From IMG/VR virus record IMGVR_UViG_3300017648_000195, positions 1 to 38,304 of that record: DNA of 38,304 bases. One strand, given 5' to 3'. The DNA comes from a virus. Its lineage: Duplodnaviria > Caudoviricetes. A program made the position numbers and the translations under genes. Of the stretch, positions 27,053 to 35,776 are shown in pieces; the first letter of the stretch is position 1, and each line of letters starts with the position of its first letter. Under the pieces are notes generated by a model. The model was not told where the DNA came from and did no database searches. It saw only the letters and a list, made by a program, of their open reading frames with translations.

Positions 27053-28582
27053 ATGGGAAGTACGCCTAAAGAAACAACAACAAAGGTGGAACCTTGGGAC
27101 GGCGCGAAACCTTATATTTTGGAATATTTGAAGCAAGCCGATCAGATGTACAAGGATGGCAAGCCCGAATATTATCAGGGCAGCACGGTAGCCGACCAGT
27201 CACCAGCCACTAAAGATGCATTGGCCCAACAGGAAGCGCTTGCGCGTCAGGGTTCATCTGCAATCACGAATGCACAGAACACCGTCAACAACATCACGCA
27301 GGGAAACAACTTCTCGCAGCAGCCTAACCAAACGCTGTCGCAGTTGCAGAATGGCGTTGATGTGGGAACCAACCCAGCGACAGCGGGTGTTAACAATATT
27401 GCCAGCGGCGCGAACACCGGACAAGCACCGGGACAATCCACGCTTAACGCAGGTGCAAACTACACGAACGCCGCTTCCGGCTTGCAGCAGCAGCAGGCGA
27501 ACAATCTTGCAGGATCGAACAATCCAGCGATGGATTATTTGCAGCAAACTGCGTCCGGCGCGAACATCGGCAACAATCCATATTTGGATCAGATGGTTGC
27601 GACACAGCAGGGCAAGATTGCCGAGCAACTTGCCACTGTCACGAACCCGCAGATAGCCTCTCAGGCCGCATCATTGGGTCGAATGGGTTCTGCTGCATTT
27701 GCTAATCAGCGCAACAAGGCAGACCAGACAGCAGCAACCGCAATGGCGCAAGTTGCAACCGATATGTACGGGAATCAGTACAATACGGATAAGGATCGCC
27801 AGTTGTCGGCGGCTGGTCAGTACGGCAATTTCTACAATACCGATCAGCAGAACCAGATGCAGGCCAATTCAAATCTCGCGAGCACGAGTTCGAACCAACA
27901 AGGCTTGCGCAATGACGCTGCAAACTCCCTGAATAGCCAGTACCAGTTCGATAAAAATTACCAGCTACAGGGCTTAGGCTTGCAGAATGACATTTATCAG
28001 CAGGGCGTGAACAACAAATTCAACAACGCCAACTTGCAGATGAATGCCGCAAATTCACAAGCGGGTAATCAGAACGCACAGGCTAACACTCAGTTGGGTG
28101 CTGCTGGTATGGCTGGTGATATGTATGGGCTTGGCTATCTGCCTTCGCAGTATTTGCAGCAGATCGGTGCGATGCAGGATGAACGCAGTCAGAACGTCTT
28201 GAATGCAGATATTCAGCGTCATGATTTCCAGCAAAACCAGCCGCTAGCGAACATTGCCAACATGATCAATCTGGCCAACGGTGGCGGGTACAACAACACC
28301 ACAACGCCGGTTTATTCCAACACAGGCAGTCAGGTGCTTGGTGGATTGACCTCGCTGCTTGGTCTGTTCTCGCTTTGCGATGAGCGCACCAAGATTGTTT
28401 TCGAGTGCGTCGGCAAATTCCCGAACGGCATTCCAATGTATCGCTTCGCGTACAAGGACAACCCGGAAGAAATCTTTATCGGGCCGCTTGCGCATGAGGT
28501 TGAGGAAGTTCTGCCGGATGCAGTCGTTGAGATTAACGGCGTGAAACTCATCATCAATGATACATTTATGGAGGCTGCATAA
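27053..28582 (+). CDS. DNA ejection/pilot protein with C-terminal peptidase S74-like chaperone domain
   Basis: Q/N/A/G-rich body; C-terminal CDERTK...YRFAY...GPLAHEVEEVLPDAV. Confidence 0.75.
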   Translation: MGSTPKETTTKVEPWDGAKPYILEYLKQADQMYKDGKPEYYQGSTVADQSPATKDALAQQEALARQGSSAITNAQNTVNNITQGNNFSQQPNQTLSQLQNGVDVGTNPATAGVNNIASGANTGQAPGQSTLNAGANYTNAASGLQQQQANNLAGSNNPAMDYLQQTASGANIGNNPYLDQMVATQQGKIAEQLATVTNPQIASQAASLGRMGSAAFANQRNKADQTAATAMAQVATDMYGNQYNTDKDRQLSAAGQYGNFYNTDQQNQMQANSNLASTSSNQQGLRNDAANSLNSQYQFDKNYQLQGLGLQNDIYQQGVNNKFNNANLQMNAANSQAGNQNAQANTQLGAAGMAGDMYGLGYLPSQYLQQIGAMQDERSQNVLNADIQRHDFQQNQPLANIANMINLANGGGYNNTTTPVYSNTGSQVLGGLTSLLGLFSLCDERTKIVFECVGKFPNGIPMYRFAYKDNPEEIFIGPLAHEVEEVLPDAVVEINGVKLIINDTFMEAA

Positions 28583-30039
28583 TGGCCGGATTTGATATTT
28601 TAGAGTTATTGAAGCGCTTGCGTGGCGAACAGGAACAGACAGGGTTGCTCGGTGCACAGGCCGAGCAACCAGCACCAGAGCAAGCCCCCGCACAGGCAGC
28701 ACCTACCGAAAGTGGTGGCGGTGGTTTGCTTGGTAGCTTTATGCCGTCCGATCCGTCGAAGCGTGAGGCGATGGCGATGGCGCTTATGAGTGGCGGCGCG
28801 AATATGATGGCGGCAGGCGGTCCATCGACAACACCAATGAATTTCGGAAGTGCGCTCGGTGCTGGTTTCAGTGGCGGCGTGCAAGCGTATCAGGAAGCCA
28901 TGAAAAATGATGCTGCTATCGGTGCAAGCCGTTCGAAGGTTCGTACTGACCAGCTAAAAATGCAGCAGGCACAGGACGCACAGGATTTCGCAAATACCAT
29001 CGATGCCAATGGCAATAACCCGTTTTCGATTGAGTTTCTAAAGAAGTATCTCAAGAGACAGATCGCCAGTGGAGACGATGAAGGTGCACGTGCAACGATG
29101 GCTTTGATCCAGCGTCTTGACGACGAGCAGCGTAAAGATGGCCGTGTGCTTGATGAAAACGGCAATTACGTCAACGCCGATGGCACTGTTGATGCCGCGA
29201 GAGAAATGGAACAGGGCAAGGCCGCTGGTCGTGTTGCAGGTGAGGAATCGCAGAAACTCACCGACGATATTCGCGAGTACAATTTGTATCGCGATCAGCA
29301 GAAGGCCAAAGGTCTTGAGCCGATGGAGTTCCGTGATTGGATGCTTGATCAGAAACGAGCGTCGGCACAGCAGATCACAATCGGCGGTGGCACAGACAAG
29401 CAGTTCTTCGATACCATGCTGGAGCAGAACAAGACTGCGCAGCAGAACGTCAAGGGTCTCACTGCTATCGGTAACGCTCGCCAGTCGGTGCAGGATGGAG
29501 CAATTCTCGGTGCTGGTGCTGATTTCCGATTGGGCTTGCAGAAGATTGGCGCTTACTTAGGCGTCACCGACAGCGATAAAATCTCGAACACAGAAACTTT
29601 CCGATCTGCAATTGCCCCGCAGGTTGCAGCGATGTTGAAGGAAACAGTTGGTTCGACACAGATTTCGGACAACGACCGTGCGTTTGCTGAAAAAGCGGCA
29701 GGTGGTTCTATCGATTTGGATGAGAAAACCATTCTCCGTTTGCTTGATATCATGGAGCGCATGAACCGCGTCTCGCTTGAGAATTATCAGCGTCGTGTCG
29801 ATACGATCTATCCCGAAGGCAAGGGCTTTGATCGCGAACGCGCAATCCTGCAAGTGTCCGTTCCAGAGCCGGTTGCTCCGAAGTCTAAGGCCGACAAGAA
29901 GGGTCCGAGATTGTTGGGGGCAACTGCGCCAACAACCGATAACGATACCTTCACTGACGATCAGGGCGTTAAATATCGTTACATCGGGCCAGCGGGTGGC
30001 AATCGCAATGACCCGAAAAATTGGGAAGAAGTACGATAA
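28582..30039 (+). CDS. Internal virion/DNA ejection protein
   Basis: 485 aa with a Gly/Ala hydrophobic patch followed by a helical region; position in the module. Confidence 0.7.
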   Translation: MAGFDILELLKRLRGEQEQTGLLGAQAEQPAPEQAPAQAAPTESGGGGLLGSFMPSDPSKREAMAMALMSGGANMMAAGGPSTTPMNFGSALGAGFSGGVQAYQEAMKNDAAIGASRSKVRTDQLKMQQAQDAQDFANTIDANGNNPFSIEFLKKYLKRQIASGDDEGARATMALIQRLDDEQRKDGRVLDENGNYVNADGTVDAAREMEQGKAAGRVAGEESQKLTDDIREYNLYRDQQKAKGLEPMEFRDWMLDQKRASAQQITIGGGTDKQFFDTMLEQNKTAQQNVKGLTAIGNARQSVQDGAILGAGADFRLGLQKIGAYLGVTDSDKISNTETFRSAIAPQVAAMLKETVGSTQISDNDRAFAEKAAGGSIDLDEKTILRLLDIMERMNRVSLENYQRRVDTIYPEGKGFDRERAILQVSVPEPVAPKSKADKKGPRLLGATAPTTDNDTFTDDQGVKYRYIGPAGGNRNDPKNWEEVR

Positions 30040-30073
30040 TTAGAGAAGCCCGGTAAACGGGACGAGGTGAATA

Positions 30074-31138
30074 GTGGCAAAGCCCGCACTCAATAGTAAT
30101 GCGCATTATGCTTATCGATATTACATCGACAAATATAATCTGAAACCGCACCAAGCAGCCGGTATTGTCGGCAATCTTATGCAGGAAAGCACCATGAACA
30201 CGGGTGCGCGCAATAAGGGTGACGGCAGCGACGGCACGGATAGTATCGGCATTGGTCAGTGGAATGGTGATCGCGCTCGCGCTTTGCACCGTTTCGCTGG
30301 TGGCAACGTGAACAATTTGGACACACAGTTAGATTTCGTAATTCACGAAATGCGCAACGGTCCAGAACGTGCCGCCTGGAATAACCTCATGGCAGCGGAC
30401 AACGTGAACGACGCGACCGCTGCAATGATCGGTTACGAACGTCCCTTCGGTTATAAGCGAGACAATCCACGTGCCGGTCACGGTTGGGATAATCGATATG
30501 CTTGGGCGCAGGAAATTAACGGTGCAAGCCCAACGGATATAGCTAGAAGCGCACAGTCACATTTGGGATCGACGCAGCAGCCGGACTTCGGTTCGCGTGT
30601 TGAACCTGCAACGCAGGAGGTGTCACAACCGACCGCAGAGCAGCAGACAGCGCAAGCAACGGCACCTAGCACCCCTGATGACCGTGGCTTCGGCCAGCGC
30701 TTGTTTGATCGTGTTTTGGGCACGGAAACACCGGAGCAAGCAAAATCACCGGTTCTCGGAAAAATGCTGCCAGATGAATTCATGGGCGTGAACACCAAGA
30801 AGGGAATCAACCTGCTTGGCGCTCTTAGTTCATCGATGCAGGAAGCAGACGCGCAAGCGAACAAGCAGGTGCAAGCAGCATCGCAGTCGGCACAGGCCAG
30901 ACGCGGACAGGCGCAGCCGGTTCAAGTTTCCATGATGAGTTCGATGGCAAAGCCGAACCAACAGGACATGGGCCAAGCGCTTACGCAGATGCGCGACCAA
31001 GGCACGAATTCACAAACGAAAGACATTGCAAGCCTGTTGCTGGCTCTCAATGGCGCAAACAATCCGAACGCGCTCCAAGACCTATTGAAGAAAAAGAAAA
31101 CTGGTTGGGGCGGCAGTTACGGAAATTGGGGAGCATAA
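30074..31138 (+). CDS. Virion-associated lysozyme (phage tail lysozyme family)
   Basis: QAAGIVGNLMQES...GIGQW...LDTQLDFVIHE...YERP motifs; long low-complexity C-terminal part. Confidence 0.88.
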   Translation: MAKPALNSNAHYAYRYYIDKYNLKPHQAAGIVGNLMQESTMNTGARNKGDGSDGTDSIGIGQWNGDRARALHRFAGGNVNNLDTQLDFVIHEMRNGPERAAWNNLMAADNVNDATAAMIGYERPFGYKRDNPRAGHGWDNRYAWAQEINGASPTDIARSAQSHLGSTQQPDFGSRVEPATQEVSQPTAEQQTAQATAPSTPDDRGFGQRLFDRVLGTETPEQAKSPVLGKMLPDEFMGVNTKKGINLLGALSSSMQEADAQANKQVQAASQSAQARRGQAQPVQVSMMSSMAKPNQQDMGQALTQMRDQGTNSQTKDIASLLLALNGANNPNALQDLLKKKKTGWGGSYGNWGA

Positions 31139-31141
31139 GAT

Positions 31142-33259
31142 ATGAAGCCATGGGAAATGGACTGGTCACATCTGGACCAGCAGACCGAGCAAAAGCCGAA
31201 GGGCAAGAAGCCTTGGGAAATGGATTGGAATGAGGACGGTACGCTCAAGCAGAGCGAGCCAGCACAGCAGGAAGAACCCGCAATAGCCGAACCTGATATT
31301 GCTGATCTTGACCGCGATTTACGTGTCTCATGGGGCACACGTATGGAACTAGGAGCATTGCATAAACCGGAAGATCGATTGAAGGCGATGCGAAAGCGTT
31401 ACCCGGATGCGCAACTCTACGGCGATGATGACATCATCTATACCGACCCAGAGACAGGTAAGGTCGGATTGCTCAATCCCGAAGGTTTCGATTTGGGTGA
31501 TATCCCTAGCATCGTTCCAGAAATTGGCGAAATAATCGGCGCTATCATTGGTGCTGGTGGTGGTGCAACAGTAACAGGTGCCGCCAGTTCTGTCGTTCCG
31601 GTACTCGGTACAGGTGCAGGCGCTGTTACCGGCGCGATGGCTGGTGCTGGTGCTGGCGGCGCAGCGGGTAAAGATATTGTCGAACGCGTTATCAATTGGG
31701 CGTACGACAACGAGGACACACGCGACACAGGCGAGTATATTAGGGATAAGGCGATTGACGCAGGCGTGAACGCGGCAGGCGAGGGCGTCGGTCGTGGTGT
31801 TGTCGCAGGCTTTAAAGCTGGCAAGCGCGGTATCGATGGACTGATTGCAGGAAAAGCCGACGATGCAGCAGAAGCAGCAGGACGATACAACGCATATAAA
31901 GAAGCAGGAGTTGAACCGACTGCCGGTATGATTACAGGCACGACGCGCACGACAGCCCGTGAAGGTCGCTTGCTTGCCGATCCTAGCAGTCGCGTTGCTC
32001 GTGCACACGAGTTGGCCGACGATATTCTGGATAAGCGATACACTGGTCTTGTCGATGGTGTTGCCGGTCCTCGCGGTGTGACAACACCGGAAGGTGCGGG
32101 CGCTGCTCTGCAAGAGGCGGGAACGCAGGCTAGAGACTTCATCAAGGGTCGCATTAACGACGCTTACGACCAGACCGACACGCTACTGCGAGACGCTCGT
32201 TCGCCCGGTAAGAATGTGCGTGAATTGCTTGATAATCTCCAGAAGGAGAAAGCCGCTTTCGGTCGCTCAGCCGAATTGAACAAAGGTCCGGTCATTGATG
32301 GCGCGATCAAACAAGCCGATGCGCTGTCAACGGACTCTGTTTTCAATGGCGTCCCGTTTGGTGATCTCAAGGAAACCCGCACAGCCATCGGCAATCTTGC
32401 ATTCGGCAATTCCGGTGCAAGCGCGTACGAGCAGAACCTTTATAAGCGTCTTTATGGTGCGATCACTGCCGATATGGACGATGCAGCGAAGCAGGCAGGG
32501 CAGGCCGGTATCGACTCGCTACAGGCGGCAGAGAAGGCCAATCGCGAATACGTCAAGCAGGGCGGCACAAAGGATTTGCTCAAGCCTTTGGTGAAAGAGG
32601 CAGATCCGATTAAGCCGTATCAGACGTTCCAGCGATATGTTCGTGAGGGCAATGCTACAGCGCTTGACCGCATGAGAACCGAAATCGGTGCATCCGGTGG
32701 TGATGAGCAATGGCGTCAGACTGTCGGCACGATGCTCGACAACATGGGACGCAAAGCCGACGAGAACGGCATTGAGGTTTTCAATCCGAAGAAGTTTTTT
32801 GCTGACTTCAACAAAATTCCTGACAACGTGAAGGACGTAATGTTCAAGGGAACGGACCTTGAGAAGTATCGTGCCGACTTGGACAAACTTCATAAGATCG
32901 CAGCTTTTCGCAGTGCCAATCCATCGAGGGCCACTCGCAGCAATTGGGGTAACAAACTGCTCGATATTGGTATGAGCGGCCTCGGTTCGATCACTGGCGG
33001 TCCATGGGGCGCGGCGGCAGGTGCGGTTGTTCGTCCGGTCAAGGAATTTGCAGCAAACGCATACATGGATCGCTTGCTTGTCGATCCTGAGTTTGTCGGC
33101 TGGCTCGCTGGCATCCCGCAAGCACAGATGCAGAAAGGCGGATTGCGTGAGTACGTGAAGAAACTCCACGTTATTCGCCGTGGCGCGTCTGCTGCAACTG
33201 CCGATGCGATCAACCGCTATATGCGCGATGCAGGAATTGACGGCGAAATCGAAGAATAA
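31142..33259 (+). CDS. Large internal virion/DNA ejection protein
   Basis: 705 aa, duplicated KPWEMDW at the N-terminus, Gly/Ala-rich membrane-insertion segments. Confidence 0.75.
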   Translation: MKPWEMDWSHLDQQTEQKPKGKKPWEMDWNEDGTLKQSEPAQQEEPAIAEPDIADLDRDLRVSWGTRMELGALHKPEDRLKAMRKRYPDAQLYGDDDIIYTDPETGKVGLLNPEGFDLGDIPSIVPEIGEIIGAIIGAGGGATVTGAASSVVPVLGTGAGAVTGAMAGAGAGGAAGKDIVERVINWAYDNEDTRDTGEYIRDKAIDAGVNAAGEGVGRGVVAGFKAGKRGIDGLIAGKADDAAEAAGRYNAYKEAGVEPTAGMITGTTRTTAREGRLLADPSSRVARAHELADDILDKRYTGLVDGVAGPRGVTTPEGAGAALQEAGTQARDFIKGRINDAYDQTDTLLRDARSPGKNVRELLDNLQKEKAAFGRSAELNKGPVIDGAIKQADALSTDSVFNGVPFGDLKETRTAIGNLAFGNSGASAYEQNLYKRLYGAITADMDDAAKQAGQAGIDSLQAAEKANREYVKQGGTKDLLKPLVKEADPIKPYQTFQRYVREGNATALDRMRTEIGASGGDEQWRQTVGTMLDNMGRKADENGIEVFNPKKFFADFNKIPDNVKDVMFKGTDLEKYRADLDKLHKIAAFRSANPSRATRSNWGNKLLDIGMSGLGSITGGPWGAAAGAVVRPVKEFAANAYMDRLLVDPEFVGWLAGIPQAQMQKGGLREYVKKLHVIRRGASAATADAINRYMRDAGIDGEIEE

Positions 33260-33332
33260 AGGTAAATACGAAACACAGGAACACGCAAAAGCGTGACACC
33301 CAATAACAATAATAAGAAAGCGGTGTTCACTT

Positions 33333-34976
33333 ATGGCAGATATTATAGACAGTTCATGGAACCCAAACGATGAGGCCAATACTGGCGTAGCACCAGACGG
33401 CGTTCAGGGTGGTTATGCTCCGAGTACGGTTGCTCCAATTATTCGAGCAATTCGCGGTGCAGTTCGACGTTCCTATGAACAAATCAATCCGATTTTCACT
33501 AGCACAGGATCGGCAAATGCTTATGTCCTGACTTATCCAATTGCTCCGGCGAAATACACCAAAGGCATCATCTATGCGTTTTGGGCGAATCATACGAATA
33601 CGGGCGCTGCTACGCTCAACATCAATGGCCTTGGTGCAAAAGCCATTACCAGCAGCGATAAGAATCCGCTGGTTGCCAACCAGATACTAGCCGATACGGT
33701 TGTAACAGTAGTCTACGATGGCTCTGCGTTCCGCATGATCGCTGCGTCAACGGTTAATCCGAAGTTCACTGGCACGACCTCGTTGGAGAACCTGACTGTA
33801 TCGGGGACAACGAATGCGCAGGCAATCAACGTTACGACAGTTAGCGCAACTGGCACGATGAACATCAAGTCGGAAGGCAATCGCGTCCTGTGGTTCAGGG
33901 ATGGTGAAGGGAAAGAAACCGGGCTTATCTATAATAACAGCGGAACCAACAACACACATCTGCGCGCATACACGCCGGGAGAAACGACTTACAAAGAGAC
34001 CATTTTGCAGTCAGACGGCCAGTTGATACTCGGTGCATCACCTTCAAGCGCATCGGCGGCGACAACAAAGTCTTATGTGGATACGCTTGCAGGTACTAAA
34101 TTGTCCCTTTCCGGCGGTACAGTCGCAGGCAACCTTGTAGTCGCTCATCCTTCTGATGTGTCGAACGTCTACATGCGCGGCGGCGGCTCCAGAACTCTTT
34201 TCTTCCAAGATGGCGCTGGTGCAAATCAGGGACTGGTGCAATCGGGTGGAACGTCTAATAACCTGCTTCTACGTGCATACGCGCTTGGCAATCCGGCTTC
34301 GTATAAAGATGTTACGTTGCGCGCTTCCGATGGTGCTTTGATCCTCAACCATTACGCTACCGATGCAAACGAAGCGACGAGCAAGACCTACGTTGACAAT
34401 GCAGCAGAAGCCGCTCGTGCTAGTGCAGTCAGCGCGACAAACGGGAACATGGCCGGTCGCGCATATCCGCGCAGATCAGACGGCGGTGCACTAAACTTCT
34501 ATTGGTCCGGTCAAGGTGGCCAGCCATCTTGGTTATGGGGTGGTAACGGAAATGGCAATGACATGTACGTTTACAATCCCGCCAACTTCAACGTGAATGC
34601 CGTTGGCGGCTGGACACAGGCAACAATCTCCAACCAGATTGAAGGCCGCGCTGCTGCATGGGCGAGACAGGAAGCAAGGTATCGCGCTCGCAAATGTGGC
34701 TCGTGGGATCAGTGGAACTTTACCTCCCATGACCAGCGAATGCAGAACAATACGGGTGAGAATATCTACTATACGGCGAAGTTAACCGGAACCTATGCCA
34801 ATAGTGTTCAATTACAGATAAGCCCGGACAACGGCACGTACTGGACTGTATGTACTACGCTGGGCGGTGACACCGGCAACGGCGAGTATAGCGGAGGTTG
34901 TTTACCTCCGGGCTGGTGGATGCGTTTGATTCGCGGTTCGGGTTCTTACAACGGCAATGTCATTTTAATTTGGTGA
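33333..34976 (+). CDS. Tail fibre / receptor-binding protein
   Basis: NTGAATLNINGLGAK motif, two ~70-aa repeats ending TKSYVD/SKTYVD, WSGQGGQPSWLWG motif. Confidence 0.85.
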   Translation: MADIIDSSWNPNDEANTGVAPDGVQGGYAPSTVAPIIRAIRGAVRRSYEQINPIFTSTGSANAYVLTYPIAPAKYTKGIIYAFWANHTNTGAATLNINGLGAKAITSSDKNPLVANQILADTVVTVVYDGSAFRMIAASTVNPKFTGTTSLENLTVSGTTNAQAINVTTVSATGTMNIKSEGNRVLWFRDGEGKETGLIYNNSGTNNTHLRAYTPGETTYKETILQSDGQLILGASPSSASAATTKSYVDTLAGTKLSLSGGTVAGNLVVAHPSDVSNVYMRGGGSRTLFFQDGAGANQGLVQSGGTSNNLLLRAYALGNPASYKDVTLRASDGALILNHYATDANEATSKTYVDNAAEAARASAVSATNGNMAGRAYPRRSDGGALNFYWSGQGGQPSWLWGGNGNGNDMYVYNPANFNVNAVGGWTQATISNQIEGRAAAWARQEARYRARKCGSWDQWNFTSHDQRMQNNTGENIYYTAKLTGTYANSVQLQISPDNGTYWTVCTTLGGDTGNGEYSGGCLPPGWWMRLIRGSGSYNGNVILIW

Positions 34977-34979
34977 TTT

Positions 34980-35426
34980 ATGGAAGAAAAAGCATACTCA
35001 ACATATTGGATTTATTCAGCCAGCACCGGTGTTTTTGGTCGATTAAGCACAGCCGAAAGGGCACTTGAAGGCTTAGATGCAGATGCGAGAATCATTCCCG
35101 CAAAACCCGAGGGCGAGTATCGTTTCGATGCACCTTCTAACGAATGGGTGCATTCGCCGCAACCTGAGCCAACAGTAGAAGAATTGCGCGAGCATATGCC
35201 TCCGCTGGAACGTGTCGAGTTTCGTCTACGCTTGAAGAAAGCAGCAATTACCACGAGCGTTATCAAAGCAGCAATTGCAGCAGTAGCCGACGAGGAATTG
35301 CGCGAGGATTACGAAATCATTTGGGAAGACGGTCAATCGTTCGGTCGCCTTGATCCGCTAGTGCTTGCAATATTCGAGTACGCAGGAAAAACACCGGAAC
35401 AGGCAGACAGCATATGGGAAGGTTGA
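34980..35426 (+). CDS. Tail fibre assembly/chaperone-like protein
   Basis: Directly after the fibre; EELREHMPPL...FRL...W...F.R..P..TPEQADSIW pattern. Confidence 0.65.
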   Translation: MEEKAYSTYWIYSASTGVFGRLSTAERALEGLDADARIIPAKPEGEYRFDAPSNEWVHSPQPEPTVEELREHMPPLERVEFRLRLKKAAITTSVIKAAIAAVADEELREDYEIIWEDGQSFGRLDPLVLAIFEYAGKTPEQADSIWEG

Positions 35427-35453
35427 GGGGGATTTGCCCCCCAAATCATTTGC

Positions 35454-35759
35454 TTAGAACACGACTTTCACATCCACGAGATCGGCGTTGTCTTCATTTT
35501 CTTTATAATATGTCGTGCCGCCGTCACGGTCGACGTTCAATTCGTGGCGTGTGAAACAATCTTTCGGCGACGTTGTTAACTTGCTATAGATTTCAGTGAG
35601 CGCTTCATTCGAAAGCCTTGTAGGGCGAAAAGTTTGCCAATCGCCTGACAGCCACCCAGATACGAATGCGGTTAGCTGACGTTCCACTACAAACTCGACA
35701 CTTTGTTTGTTATCGATTTTATCGGCTATGGTTGTATAATCGGTAGCGTAGTTCAACAT
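35454..35759 (-). CDS. Hypothetical protein downstream of integrase
   Basis: AAGGGG RBS before ATG 35759; same strand as and adjacent to the recombinase. Confidence 0.6.
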   Translation of the reverse strand: MLNYATDYTTIADKIDNKQSVEFVVERQLTAFVSGWLSGDWQTFRPTRLSNEALTEIYSKLTTSPKDCFTRHELNVDRDGGTTYYKENEDNADLVDVKVVF

Positions 35760-35776
35760 GGTTGCCCCCTTGATAA

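Noticed and set aside
30074-31138. Lysozyme as the endolysin
   Set aside because: It is embedded among ejection proteins, has a long low-complexity tail and lies far from the holin-like gene, so a virion-associated role is more likely.
33876-34976. Diversity-generating retroelement acting on the fibre
   Set aside because: No reverse transcriptase and no near-identical TR/VR pair; the repeat is visible only at protein level.
33333-35426. Invertible tail-fibre cassette driven by the small serine recombinase
   Set aside because: No second fibre tip on the opposite strand, no flanking inverted repeats seen, and the recombinase is about 21 kb away.
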